From NCBI GenBank assembly GCA_965178125.1, contig OZ237762.1, positions 248,001 to 312,000 of the forward strand: a stretch of DNA of 64,000 bases. Direction: 5' to 3'. The number at the start of each line of letters is the position of its first letter. Positions within the stretch are counted from its first letter, which is position 1. This document shows, piece after piece, positions 24,901-39,300 of the stretch. Position numbers and translations under genes: made by a program. This stretch comes from Bilabrum cf. latius (taxonomy: Eukaryota). Under the pieces are notes generated by a model, which saw only the letters and a list, made by a program, of their open reading frames with translations, made no database searches and had not been told where the DNA came from.

Positions 24901-27136
24901 ACGATGCCTGTCTGCGCAGCGACTACCCCTCCCCGCCATGACACCATCTGCGACACGGAGCCGTGCTCCATGGCCCGCACCTCGTCTGCCTAGTCCAGCG
25001 CCTGGTCGATGGGTAGGTTGGTCGCAATGCGGTGGTATACTGGGATTCCATTGATGGTGTTCCCAGAGCTCCGTGTCTGGACGATTCTCCACTGGTTCGA
25101 GGCGCCATACGTGGTTCCCCTGCCAAAGATCAAGCCGGAGGAGAACTCATTCGGGAGACGGTCCAGCTGCATCTGGCCCAAGGCAGGGGTGTCGAAGCGA
25201 AGCAATGCAGTCTCCGCTATTGTGTTTGCCCTGGCCCGTGGGTTGTTGATCTACTACGGGTGTATCGCCCAGTCGTTGAACCGCACCACCAAGCCCTCCG
25301 GCCACTCAGTGGCGGCAACTGACCCCTGGCCCGAGTGGACGACGCTTCCGTCCGACATTTGGATGACCCCGTGACTCCCCGCCTCCTGCGCAGTCGTAGG
25401 AGTGCCAGCCCCCGCCGAGTCGTCGATGGACACCAGAGTGTAGTACACGATCATGGCGCCGGTGCTTGCATCGGTCGCCGGCTGCATGTCGGATCTCATC
25501 CCCGATCGGAAGTCAGTGTGTTCCTGCATATCCCTCAGTTGGCCGAACTGGTCGCGATCTTCCTGCGAGTAGTAGTCCAAGGGACCCTGCTGGGCCGCTT
25601 CCTGCATGATGCGGCGCGCAGTGACGGCGGCAGCCTCACTAGGCAGCCTGTAGGCCGCACTCGCCACTTTGAGCCCGGATCCCTGGCCCTGCACGTCCAG
25701 GGGTCGGTAGGCAGACGCTTGCGGGCTCTGGTGGTTGCCCGGTGAGGTTTCAAACCCGACTTGTGCCAGCAGCGAGCCCCGCTGCGCTCTCGTTCTCTCC
25801 TCCTCAATGGTTACGGCCAGGGAGATGAGGTTGGACAGGTACTCGCGGCCGTAATACTGCCCCGTGTTCCCTGTGGGTTTGCATGCGGGATTCGTCTCGT
25901 CCGTGGTGGTGGTGGCATCGAGGGCCACTCCCACGACCAGGAGGACCTCTCCGGCGGTCCTGTTGAGTTCCGCGACCATCGAGTCGACGCCCGTCCCGCA
26001 GGCCGGCGCCGCGGCCTCGAACTCGGTCATGGTCGCACGGGCGAGCACGCCAGCGGCGGGTGCAGGGCTGGATGAGGGGCTGGGGGCGGGGCCTGTCGAG
26101 GCTGGGGCGGACGGCGACGGGGAGGGGGAAGCGGACGACCCGCCTCCACCCGTGCCTGGGCTAGATGACGACGACGGCGAAGGGGAAGGGGAAGGCTCGG
26201 CCGCGATGGTTCCCTTCCTCCTCCTGCCCTTCAGGGAGCCATCGGGGTTCGCGGCGATGACGAGGGTGCGGCCGGTGCGCTCAGCCACCTCCTGCACGAT
26301 CGTGTCTGCGATGGACCCCGGGGCGGTGCCCTCCTCGATGATCCGATCCGCGACGGCCTCGATCTGCGCAGTGGCGATGGGCACGGTGGGTGCTCCCTGC
26401 ACGTTGCTGCCGTCCACCGCGGCAGTCACGAGGAAACCGAGTTCGGTGGGCGCAATTGGAGCAGCATCAGGATTGTAGACGAATACCTCCATACCGTCCA
26501 CGGCGGTGCTTCCGTTGACCCCCGGCAGGAGGTCAGTCCGGTCAACGCGCAGGCCTGCCCCGAGCGCTTCCTCAAGGGCCGCCTCGATGCTCTCAGCGTC
26601 GTCACACGCATCCGAAAGGTCCTGCAATAATTGAGAAAATAAATACATAAATACATAAATGCATACTGCAAGCATGCAAAGGTATCACGAGGCGGGGCAC
26701 ACGCAGGCACAACGGCTTTCGCGCTTACGGATTCCAACTCCAGCACGATCTCGACAAAGGCGTCCGATCCCAGCTCAGTCATTCGCTGCTGCACCCCATC
26801 CGGATCGCAAGTATCAGCTGCCAAGTCAGCAGAGCTTGGAGAAGCTTCTCCATTATCATCATCAGATGTAATGGCAAGGGCGACTGCCAGGAAGACGGCC
26901 AGCAAAACGACCACAGTTGCAATACCTCCAACGCAGACCGGGCTTAATCCGAAGCAACACACGTTCTTTTTACGATTTTTCTAGTCGGTGGCACCAGATT
27001 GATCCAGCTTGGTCTCTCCTTTCACGACGTGTACCTCAACAGCCGAGGCTTCAGCTGCTCGTGGCGCGCTTGCTCCCTTGCGGTTAGGCATCGGGTTCTC
27101 TACGCCGAATCCAGGTGCTGACTTAGTTGATTCCAT
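21978..27136 (-). CDS. Large type II membrane/surface protein (~1,680 aa) with one N-terminal TM helix, a Ser/Pro linker and a beta-rich ectodomain
   Basis: ATG 27136 and hydrophobic VCVGGIATVVVLLAVFLAVALAI. Intron 26728-26622 (GTAAGC..TTGCAG). TAG at 26981, 25254, 25251, 24990 and 22764; TGA at 21978. Family not recognised. Confidence 0.75.
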
Positions 27137-27386
27137 GAGATGCTTTTCAGTCCTATTCTATTGAGAAATCTCTCTGGAGGCAGAATTGAGAGCTGAAATA
27201 TGAGGTTACGGTGACTCGCGGGCAGCCTAAAACTCTGTTTTAATTTGTAAGGTATCGTTTACGGAGCCAAGCCTCTACTATAGACTACGCTACTACTTTC
27301 CTAAGCCCGTTGCACACAGCTGATGTGCTGTTTGGCGTCACAAGTCATGCGTAGTTTCTCACTGCAGACGACTAGATCTATCGTAC

Positions 27387-30300
27387 TCAGAATTCGTCTT
27401 CGTCTCTCACGACGTCCTCCTCGAACGTGCCCCTGCCGACCAGCACGAAATCGAACGGCTGCCCCTTCCTCACGTACACCCGGAACCTGCTCCGGTACAG
27501 CTTCGCCTCCGTCGGCGTGAACCGCACGCCCACCAGCTGCGGCTGGGGGAGACCCCCGCCTGCCCCCTCCTCGTCCCCGATGCTCGCGGCCGACCCTTGG
27601 CCGCCGCCGCTGCCCCCAGGCAACGCCCTCACGCCCTCGGGCACGGCCTCCACTGTGACGAGTGCCCCGTCTACCTCTAGCCCGCTCCGGATGGTCTCCA
27701 GCCTCCACGTCTCGGTCGAAACCGACAGCAAGCAGCGAAGCTTCATGAACCCAGGGCCGCTGGACCCCGACCGAGCAAGCTTCGACACCACCACGTCCTG
27801 GCCAGCCCCAGCCCCAGCCCCAGCACCACCGTGCGATGCACCCGCCGCCTCCACCTCTCCCCTGGCTCGGGCGGCCTCCTCGGCCTCAGCCAGCTCGCGG
27901 GCCAGGGGCAGCCTGCCTAGGGCGCTGTTGAGCACCGCCCTCACCCTTGAGGCCCTTGTTCCCTGGGGCACGCCCCGCAGCACCAGCTCGCGGGCGAACA
28001 CCAGGGCAGGCAGGTCCCTCGCGGTTGCAACCTCGGGCGCGGCGGTGGGTCCCCGCAGCACCCCCCTCTACAGAGAGAACCCGAACACGCCGGGGTCGTC
28101 CACGGGGGGCTCCCTCGGCCCCCTCAGCTCCTCCTTGAGCGACTCGAGCCCCTCTGCCCTGGTGAGCCCCAGCGACTCGAAGTCGATCTTGATGGGCTCC
28201 CTGCCTGGTGGCTGCGGGACGTGCCTGATGGCCCACTCGGCATCCACCACGGATGGATTGGCAAGCCTCAGGAACGTCGTGGCGTGCTGGTCGGGCCTGA
28301 CCCTGCCAAACGCATGGAGGGAGGGCGCCAGCGTGACCTTGGGCCGGAGCACCTCGGACCTGAGGCCGACCCTCTGCTTGTGACCGTTAGCAAACTGCAG
28401 GACCAGCAGGCCCCGCGAGCGATCCACGAGAGGGCGACCATGTGCCCCCGGCATGCGGTGCGGCTTGCCACCCGGGACCACTGCCGTGCTCTTCTCCAGA
28501 TCGCCCCCCTCCAGAGCGGCAGCATCCTCCTCGTCTTGTTCCCCGGCCTGGCCCTCGGGCTGCGACTCGCCCACGAGCTGCTTGTAGTCTGCAGTGCCAA
28601 GCAGCAGCGCGGTGTCTTCCCCGAAACCGCCTGCACTGCCACCGGAAGCAGCACCACCCAGAGTCCCGGGCGCAGCTCCCGACGCAGCTAACCCGCCCTG
28701 GCCAGCACCACCGCTTGTATGTCTGTTCCCTGCGTCATTCTGCGGAGAGAACACCACCCGAACGGCCACGGACGTGCCCGGAGGCAGCGTCAGTATGTCT
28801 TTCCCAGCCTCCTGCATGCGCCTCAGCTGGGGAGTTACGTCGGCTGGTGGTGGGGGCGTGACGGCCACTGAGGTTTCGACCCCCTCGATGCGGAAAGGGC
28901 CCCTCGTCCACCTGGCAAACGTCATGGGCGCCGTCATGATGTTCGTAAGAGTGATGGTCTTGCTGTGCTCGGGGTGCTCGGGCGGCCTGGTGGCCCACGC
29001 GGTCACCTTGAACCAGGGGATGCCCCTCTCGCCCCTGCCCTTGTCCACGCTGAGCTCGGGTGTGGAGGGCTCGATCCTAGTGGCGAGACTCACTGCATTG
29101 CGCTGCACCAGCGTGCGCATGATTTGCGCCGCCTGCACCCTCCCACCCCCTCCCACAGAGGACTGGGAGCGGCTTCCCTGCAGGGCACCTGGGGGCGCGA
29201 CGGGGGGCGATGCAGGCCGAGGACCACCGGGGCCGAGATCGCCACCAGTTCCTGCTCCATCCTGACCCTCGATCACACCCTCGGGCTCATGCTTGCTCTC
29301 TCCGCTGCCCGGGGGCTGGTCCGGGCCTGTCTCGTCAGACACCAGCGCAAGCAGCTCTGCAGGCGGACGCTTCCTCCGGGGAACAAAGACGGCATCCGCC
29401 ACCAGCAACCCATTCCGGCCGTCCTGGGGGCCCCACCCAAGCGCTTGTTCCCTGGCCTGCTGCTCGTCGGTCGCAACCTCAGGCGAGGCCCTCACGGTGA
29501 ACACGCACCTGCCCTGGGCAGGCACGGTGCCTCGGGCAGGCACGATCTTGAACGGGGGCCGGTGCCTTGGGCCGCGCAGGGTGGGCTTCCGCACCACGAC
29601 CTCTACCTCCCTCTTGTTCCCTGACTCGTCCGTGCTGCCAGCGGGTGCGGGCTCCATGAGCACCTCCACCTCCCGCTCGGGTAGGCTCGGGTTGCGGCCC
29701 AGCAGCGCGTGCCAGACCACATGGGCATCCAGTGGGCTCGAATTCGTGACCACGATTCTGCGGTCCACGGTGGCCGACCCCTGCGCGATCTGGCCGAACC
29801 CCAGCCGCGGCGGGACGGTGTTGAGCGCCAGCCCAGCCACGTTGGGCTGTATCTCCAGCGGTGTCCCCACCACGTTCACCCGCAGCGGCACCCTCACCGG
29901 CTCTGTGCCGTCCATGTCGATCACCAGCTCGTCCTCGTAGGCACCGGGCATGTCTGCCACGCAGCTCACCCGGATGCAAGCCCACCCGAACGGATCCAGG
30001 TGCCTCTCGGCAGGCGATACCTGGAAAGCAACCCCGTTCATGAGCCGCAGCTGCGACCGCATCACCCTATCCTTCTGACGTTTCCGCAGCAAGAACTGGC
30101 CACCGTCGGACTGGAAGGCCTCTACGCCCTCCGCTGCGTCGCTCAGCCACGCAGTACGCTTCTACAACGAGGCACCATCTTCCCCGTCCTCGCCGTCGAG
30201 AGCGGGTGCACTGGTGGTGCGGAGCGCCCTCGCAGCCCCGGCGCCCGAGCCAGCCGCTCCATCAGCACCGCTGCCGCCACCGAGCGCAGGTGAAACACCC

Positions 30301-33300
30301 TCGAATTTGCCACTGAGCAGCTGCCCCAGCAGCTCCTTGCCCTGCGGGCTGCTCCGAAGCCTCCTGCGCAGCGCCCGCGCCTCTGGGCCACCCGTCTTGA
30401 GCATGCCAGCGGCTCGCATCCTGTGCCTGACTGCCTCCTGCCCGCTCGACCACACGATGGGGTCGTCCAGCGCGGCGGGGCCCAGCTCTTCCAGCCCCGC
30501 GTTCAACGGAGTTCCGGGCTCCTCCGCAGCTGGATACCTGTTCACAAATGCCCTGAAATCCGTGGGAATGCCAGTCAGGTTCATCACGCACACCGTGTAC
30601 GTGCGCCGGCTGAAGGTTGGGAACTCGTGCCCGAAATCTAGGCCCCTGCACGCACCCACCCTCGCCCCCGCCCTGCTCGCGCAGTCGTGCGCCACCCTGA
30701 CGGCGTCCATGGTGGCGTCATCCTGCACCGCCCTGGCCCCGCCCCTGGCCCTCTTCCTCTCCTTCTCCTTGTCCTAGATCCTGGCGTGCACACGGCTGAA
30801 GCGCCACAGCATGCACCGAATCAGTGGGATGAATGGATCGCCCTCCTCCTCCTCCTCCTCCTCCTCCTCCTCATGCTCCTCCTCATGGGCGGCATCCTCC
30901 TGCCTGCCTCCCTGCCCCTGCTCCTGGCTCTCGCCGATCCCTTCCCCGGCCACGGCGCCGTCTACGTCCTCCTTCCCTTCCTCGCCGTCCTTGGATTCCC
31001 CGGCACCTGCCTCCGCAGGCAAGCGCCCTTTGCCGACATCGGGGCCTGCACCATCCGAGCCGGACCCATCATGTTCTCCGCCTGCACCGGCGCCTCTACC
31101 TTCCGCTTGTTTCTAGTCATCAGCACCGCTATCTGCACCACCTTCATGTCCTCCAGCACCTGCTCCCTCCACCAGCTGATACTCGCGCAAGGCGTCCGGG
31201 TGCCGATCCAGCCACGACCTGAGGAGCACCTGCTCATCCCCACTGGCCTGCAGCATGCTCGCGGGCACACCGCCATCCTCCGACTCGCCCTCGCCCTCGC
31301 CCTCGTCGATCGCAGGCACGTCTAACAGACCCGCCCTCCTCGCGGACCCGAGTGCCTCCAGAATCAGGCCCTTGAACTCGTCCAAGGGAACCGTGCGGCC
31401 CCTGCCCGCTGCCTCCACCCTCCGGATCCTCCCCCGCACCGCCTCCTCCTCTTCAGCCTGCTCCACCAGCTCCAGCGGGAGGCCGAGCTCCGCGTACAGC
31501 TGCCGGAGGTGCGTGTCCACGGTAGGGGCAAGGAAGGAGGAGGGAGGCAGCAGCGGCCGGCCACGGTCGTCCTTGCCCAGCTCACGCACGAGGCGCCTGT
31601 TCCCTGCCTTTTGTTCTCTGGGGGGCCCCGAGGCGCCGCCAGAGGAAACACCGGGTGCATTGTCCTGCGCGCCCACAACAGCGTCTCCTTCGGCATCCAG
31701 CGCCAGCGGACACCCCTTCTCGCTGAGCACCGCAAAAGCAACGGAGAGACCCTTGACGATGCCTTTGATCTCGATCCCGATCGGCCTCGGTACTCCCTGC
31801 ACGTCCACTGCCATCAGCCCGGACATACTGCCCACTCGGGTGGGCGTCAGCGCCACCGTCACCTCCCTCTCCTTCCTGCCCTCCAGCGCGCCACTGTTCC
31901 CTGGCAGGATAGCCGCCTGGTAGGGCGGCACCGGAGGCACCCTGCCGCCCCCGATGGATCCGGTGCTAGAAGTGGACGCCGACATCACGGACTGCCCGCC
32001 GGAGATGACCGTGGCAGCCATGCCGTCCGGGCCGATCCGAAGCGTGCCACCTCCCCCGCTCCCGCCCCCGATGGACGTGCCATCGTCCGGAGACAGCTCC
32101 AGCCCCATCGCGTCGTTGATGCTCTGCAGAGCCCTGGCCTGCATCATCCCAGCGTACGGGTCCACAGTGTACTCGGCCCCAAGCGCAGACTCGTTCTTCA
32201 GAACGAACGTACGTGTCTCGGGCACACCGAGAAACCCGATCCCGTACAGCAGCCGATGCGTGCTCGCCTTGATGCGTGGAGCCTGCACCTCAGCCCGAGC
32301 ACCCACCCAGGTGTCCGCTTCCCCGCCATCCAAACGCACCCGGACCATGCCCCGGAAGGAGCCAGTTTGGCCACCCGCCTGGAACACGGCCTGCACGTCC
32401 ATTTCGCCGTAGGGAGGCAGCACCACCACGCTGGGCTCAAACCGCATCGAGTCAATAGAATGCTGATTGCCGCCCTTGCCACCCTTCACGGAGCTGCGCT
32501 TGCGACCGTGGGACCTGTCTGTCCACTGGCTGCCATCCCCGCGCTACTGATTGGCCCCACTCGCCCCCACTGGTCCTTCCTGCTCTGCAACAGCTGACTC
32601 CCCACCGGCACCCACCACGGGTCCTTGCGGCAGCTCACTAAACGCAGACCCCCCCGAGTCCAGCCCGCCCGGCCGCATGCCCCCGATAACGGCTGACGCC
32701 GTCGATGCAGCGCTGCTGCTTTCACCAGACAGACCCCCGGGCACGAGCGAGGACATGTGCATCATGCCCTCGCCAGCGCCGGACAGCCCTCCCAGCTCGT
32801 CGTTGAGACCCACGGCGCTGCCGACACCGAACCGGACGCTCCCCGGCTCTGGATACGGGAAAGAGGCCAGCGACGCTCCAGCGCTGGTGGGTGCTCGCAG
32901 GGACACCATGGGCCCCGCATCGGCAGCTGTGGCGGCCTATTCCACCGGGCCAGCCATGGCGAGCTCCTGCAGGTCCAGCACGTCCTTATCCTGCACCGGC
33001 ATGCAATGCAGCTGCACTCTCGCGTGGCAGCCGCTCATGTTCTGCAGCCTGAGCGGTCGCCTCTGCAGCTGCAGGGTCTTGACCAGCCCGAAGTCCAGCT
33101 CTGCCTGCGCCACCACGACGAGGGGCGCGTCCACGGCTGCAGCAATGTGCACGCTCTCCCCTCCGACAGAGGTACCGTCGGGCAGCTGGAAGACGACGTC
33201 GGCGTCGCACTCAAACTCCCCTGGACATGCGGCCTCGAATCCACAGGTGAGAACGACCGTGCCGCCGGGGGCAATCACGCCCTCCTCGGGTCCGAAGGAG

Positions 33301-36300
33301 AACACCTGCGTGTCAAAGCCAGCTCCCGTCCCCTCGGTCGTCTCGCCAAGCGCGGCAAGCGCCACCACCTCCGCCGAGCTGACCTCGAGCGCATCGATAT
33401 TGCCTCCGGGCACTCCGTCCTTTGCGGCAAGGCCCGTTGACTGCGGAGGAGGGGCGCCGCTGGAGGTGCCAGCAGACTTCCCTGCTTCACCTCTCTCCCT
33501 GGTTTCGACGATGCCGTCGCCCGTGGCGAAGGTGGCGGCGGTGGAGTCTCCACCCCGCACCGGTGGGCTGTACTCGGCGAGGGCACGGGCCGCATCCACC
33601 GAATTCGCGACCAGAAAGTACCCCTCCTCGTCGGCGTGATCGCCCTCCCCATCCCCGCTCGAGTCGGACATGGCCCCGCCGGATCGATTGCTGCCAGAGG
33701 AGCCCGGCCTGCCCTGATGCATGCCATCCCTGGGACTTGTCATCCCCCCGATCCCATCCCCATCCTCCTCCTCCCCTTCCCCTTCCCCAGCCTCTCTTGT
33801 GTGAGCCTCCCCCTCACCCACAGCGAACTGCTCTGCAGCAGATACCACGGCACCGCTCAGCCCGGGCTGCTCCTCCATGGCATCTCCACCAACATGCCCT
33901 GCACCACCATGCCCTGCACCACCACCACCACCATTGGTACCGCTGCTGCCGGGACGGCTGTCTCCCTTGCCTCGATCGCCCAACAGACGACTCCCACCAG
34001 CGATCGGCGTGCTCCTGCCCGGGCCCAAACCACCACCCCTGGATGAAGGCAGTGCCAGCACCCCGCCACGCCCCGCCCCGCACAGCTCATCCACCCTCCG
34101 CTGGCACGGCCTCAGCCGGACCCTCGGTTCCCCGACGAAGAACCTCACAGGCGTGGCACCGGGGTTCTCAAGCACCACCTCTCCGGACCGTTGTTCCCCG
34201 GGCAGGCAGGGCCTCAGCAGCACCGCAGGCTCTCTGATCGCAGGGGGGTTCACCGCGCCCTCTCCCGCGAGCAGCATCCGCACGCAGCTTTGTGTCTCTC
34301 GCAGCACGCGTCCGGGCGCCTCCTCCAAGCCGATGGCACCTGGGGTAACCTGTTCCCCCATGGTCTCCCTCCTCACCCTCTCCATCTCCGCATCGTCCTC
34401 CTCCTGCCGGGCCGACTCACGGGCCGTTGGCGCCCTGGGCACGCCTCTGATGAGTAGCCTCCCCTCGGCCCTGTGTTCCCTGGCCGTCTGGGGAGTGAAG
34501 GTCACTTCGAAGGTGGCCTCGCCCATGCCCTCGATGCGGCACGCGGGAGGGCTGATCGTGAACGCGCCCACGGATTCGGTGGAGGCCAAGGAGGGCGTCT
34601 TAGAAGCCACCGCGAGTGCGATTCGGTTCAGCTCTGCGGTCTCGAGCCCACTGAGCTCCTCCGCGTCGATCCCATCCGCCCCCGCCCCCTGCAGCACCTC
34701 TGCAATGGCACCGCCCGCGCGGATCTCAGCCTCGGCACCCTCCCCGAACTCGAGCTTGCGCAGCGTCTCTAGGCCTAGCACCTGCTGCAGGCCGTCCAGA
34801 GAGTCGCCCTCAACCAGCGCCTTCCCGCGCCTGAGCAGGGCGACCTGGTCCGCAAGCAGCGGCGGCAGCACACCCGCCAGGCGATGTCCCTATTCCCCGC
34901 CGTGCGCCTGCCGCACGGCCGACACCTCTGCCTCGGGGACGGTTTCGAAGTCCACAAGCACCCTTACTGCAGCCCCCTTGCCGCTCCGCCGGCCGTGCCT
35001 TCCCCCTCCACGGTTCCCTGCCTTGCTTTGCACTGTTCCCTGGCCTCCTTCTCCACCCCCCTGGTTCGGTCCCAGAGCAGCTCGTTCCGCCTCGTCTGCC
35101 TCGCGCACGATCCGATGCGCGTCCTTGCTGTCCAGCGGCATCACGCGGGGGGCTCGCCCGCGGACAGGGCGCACCACCCAGCTGGCGTCAACCGGGAGCG
35201 GCGTGTCGTTGCGTATTGTGACAGTGCGCGTGACCTGGGTCCCTGCTGCTTGCAGACCGAAGGAGAGACGCTCTGCCAGTGCCAGCGCGGTGGCACCAGC
35301 GGCGGCAAGGGCCCTCGGTACTCTGGGAGCCACTGCGGCCCTCTGGACCAGCTGCTGGGCCTGCGCGGCTGCCATGCCCCGGTCCTGTGAAGACGGTCCC
35401 GTCCTGACGAGTGCGCCCATGGCCTGTTCGATGGCATCCGTGGGCGACATCCCAAGCAGGCGGGCCAGCCCTGCGGCCCTCTGCTTCATCAGGCGCCCGG
35501 TGGACACGCGGCTGGAGCTGCCTGCCAGTCGGGAGGTGCTGGGGGCAAGCCCGCCACCGACAGAGCCCGCTCTCGATGACCGTCGCGAGGATAACCCCTT
35601 GCTGGGGGGCGATGCAGCCTTATCCCCTGTCCCCCCAGGGGACGATGCACCCATCCCTTCCAGTGTCGGGACATTCACGCCGCCCTTGCTGCCATCCTTC
35701 CCCTCTCCCTCTCCATCTCGCTCTCCATCGGGATGAGCACGGGCCTTGGGGCTCTGCAATGGTGAGGGCAGCCCGCTCCCTGGCATCTCGCCCCCTCCTT
35801 GTTCCCTGGGATCCATCGCCTATCCGTTGTCATCTCCACCGACTGAGTCCGGCAATACTAGCTGAGCGTCCGTGGCAGTCCTCAGCCCCGCCGTCCTGGC
35901 CCTGAGCGCCCCTTCCATGTGCCTCCGCAGCATCCCGCGGACCTCCTCGGCCTCCACGGGGCCCAGCTGCCTGCGGTCGGGAGAGAAGGCGGCGCGGGAA
36001 TATGCCGCACTGGAGGAGCTGCTGCTCTGCGACGAGGAGCCCGCCTGTCCTCCCACCGCAACGACCACGGCCGAGCTGCCTGCCTCCTCCACTGCGGGAG
36101 GCAGCTGGGGAGGCTGCGCGGGCACGGCCTCGATGGCTGCCAGCCCCACCCGCATCTCGGAGCATTCTCCCACCAGCGTGTGGCGAGTGACGTCACCAGT
36201 GTCTGTGAGCATCACCACCTCACGGGTGTACCTCCCGACTGCGGGGGGCGCGAACAGGACCCGAATCTCCGCCTCCTGCCCCGTGCCCAGCTCGAACTGA

Positions 36301-39300
36301 GTTGGCTCGAGCACGAATGGAGGGCTGGCGATGCGGCCAGGGGCAGGGCCGTAGGGATTGCCCTCCTCCTCGTCCCCCGGAATGGCGGGCATGTTGAGCC
36401 TCCACGCTACTGAGGGGTCCGTCCCCGCGCGGGGGGGGAAGGCCTCAGCAGGGAACAGCCTGCACACCGTGGGGGAGCCCGAGTTGCTGAACCGGAACGT
36501 CTCGAAGGTCACGTCCATGGGCAGGCACAGTCCGGCCGAGAAAGACGAGGACAGCGACAGCACGGGCGGAGGCCTAGTCGCCACACACCGCACCGCGAAC
36601 TTGCCGGCCTCCGTGATGACTGTCAGCGTGTCGGTGTAGGTGCGATACCCGTTGGGCGTGAAGTGCACCCTAACCGACATGCCCATGCCGGGCGCAATCA
36701 CGTTGGACACCCGCCCATCCTGTCCGCCACCGGGCAGCTGGTCCGGATCGTCCGCGATCGGCCGCAGGCCGCCGCCACCCCTTTTCGACTCCGAGTCGCC
36801 TTCCTCCTTGCCCTCGCCCATGCCCCGCTGCGTGACCTGCCACCGGGGCTTGCCCCCGAGGTACACGGGCGGGTCGCAACCGAAGTACTCTGAAGAGGGA
36901 GGTATCACCCTGAGGGAGCGCCCAAGCCTGTCCGCGTTCCTGAACGTAAGCACCGTGGAGTAGGACCCCTCGGGGGCAAACCCCTCGAAGATCGCAACAC
37001 CGGGAGACACGAGGAAGGGCCCCGCCTGCACGGCGCCCTTGATCGCCCGCGCCGGTGGAGCCACCGTCACTCCACGCAGCGGGGCTCGTTTGGCCGCCTC
37101 GATGGCCGCCTCATCGGGGTTGGATCCCCCATCGAAAGCAGCGCTCCGCACGATTTCCAGCAGGTCCCCGCGATCGTCGCTCACGACCACGGTGCCGCGG
37201 CGAGTCTCCAGCCCCGGTCCCTTGAGCACCACAGCCGCATCCCCAGGTGACCGAGGCAGCCTTCCGTCCGCCACCGCCTACCGGATGTCCCTCTGCAGCT
37301 CGATCTGGTCGTCCACGGCCGCCCCCGCCGCCCCCGGCACCGTGGTCAGTGCCACGGCCTGGTCCTTCCTGCTCATAGTGGACAGCATGGCTGCGCTTGG
37401 ACCCCCAGGCACCACCACGACCTCTTCAGGCTCAGCACCAGCGGCGCGCTTTGAGGCATGCGCGCCCATGCTGCTGGGGCCAGCAAAGAGCTGCGACTCG
37501 TCGGCAAACGGGTCACCACTAGCTGACGTCACAGCGGCAAACGTCGCCAGCTTGCCCCCGGCACCGGCACCGGCACCGGCACCGGCACCGGCACCGCTAC
37601 CAAAATCTCCTCCATTGTCGCCAGGGCCGGCATCAGCACCGATCCCGAGAGCCGCACCCAGCTGTGTCCCAGCGAGTGGATGCTGCGCCACGGAGCCCCT
37701 CCGTCCCTTTGCCTTTCCTCTGCCCCTGTTTCTCGGCGGCCGTTGCGAACCGCTCCCATCACCGGATGCACCCCCCGACTACTGCCGCTGCTGGTGCTGC
37801 TGCTGCTACGTGTCGAGTACTCTGCTTCGGTCATGCCTGGGATTGCGGAGGTATCTCTGGCTGCGATCCATCCGCTCCTTCATGTCCGCATCTGCGAGCT
37901 CCTCATCCACGGGCTTGCGGGTCCTGCCCTGCCTCTTGCCCCGATCCCGCCGAGCCTTCCCACCAGCACCCGCGACTGCCCCTGCCCTAGCCGTGCTACC
38001 GCGGGGCCCCCCGGCTGGCTACACCCCCGCCGGTAGTGCCCTTCTAGGGGGCAGTCCCAGCTCCGCGGCCATCTTGGCATCCAGTTCCTCGTCTTCGAGT
38101 CCAATACCCCTACCGTCGTCATCCACCCCGATCTGGGCCTCGCTCCCGGCAGCACCCCTGCCCTTGGCTGCATCCCTCCTGCGCAGCGATGCTTCCAGCA
38201 CCTCCAGGTCGCTCTTGCCCTCCTAGTACCCCTCCCCATCTTCATCTTCATCTTCGTTCGAGTCCCCGTAGGACTCGCCCCCGAACTGACCAGCACCAAC
38301 TCCGTCCCTGCCAATCCCCGCAGCAGAGAACGTGACTCGCTTCGGGTCGGGCCCGATTGCACCCGCGCTCGTCAGGCGAGAAGCTATGCCCCCACCCGTC
38401 TCACTGGCCCCAGCTCCTGGACCAGCCGCCTAGGCCCCACCCCCTGATGCAGTGCCCCCGACCGCCGTCTCCTTCCCGAATCCACCGGTGGATTGGAGGA
38501 AGCGGTCCCTGTTGCTGGCCGTCCTCCTGGCCTGCGAAGCCGTGGCTGCCATGTACTGCGGGGTGCCTTCAGTGCGGTGGAAATCGGGCGGGGCCTGCCC
38601 CCTGGCCATGTTCCCGCTGCGCACCAGCTGGTCTTCCTTCTCCTTGTCTAGTAGCTATGAGGCCAGAAGGGCCTCCCCGCTGCCGACGGCTGCGAGGGCG
38701 TCTGCACCCGACGCGGGTGCAGCGGGGTCGAGGTATCCGAAACCGGCTGCAGCACCAGTGCCAGTGGCGGAGGCAGTGGAGGGGACGCCTGGTGGACCGG
38801 CAGGTGCTTGCGATGAGCCGGCGAGTGCGGCGGGCAGGTGGGACCGCGGCAGGGGCACTTCTTCTGCCTGGACTAATCCATGACTCCTGACATTTTCGTA
38901 GTGCTTCTTGTCTACGGCTGCCGCTTCTTTTCGAGCGCGCTGCATCTGGGCTTCGGTCGCAGCTGCATGTCGGACCTCGTTCGCCCTGGCAGCCTCGATC
39001 TGCGATAGTGACTCGGTGCAGACCATCCAGCAGGATATTTAACGGTACCAATATCACAATTGTTCGAAGCATTGCTAGAGTACGGCTGCTTACCTAGCCT
39101 AATTCGTCTGCATCTGGATCTGCAACAGCTGGCCCCAATTCAGCTGGACTACCAGACAGGGACACCGGAGCCTCTTCCGAAGATAGTAAGCCAATTCTTC
39201 CGTGATCACCGAGGCCTGTATCCCTGGCCTGCTCTGCACCGCCGTCTTCATCAGCATCGTAGAGATCAGCAAAGTTGCTCTTTATAATGTGACCTAAACT

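Noticed and set aside
27427-38226. Long plus-strand ORFs opposite the DLEC1-like gene (and similar antisense ORFs elsewhere)
   Set aside because: These are shadow ORFs expected from high GC and codon bias, with no recognisable motifs.
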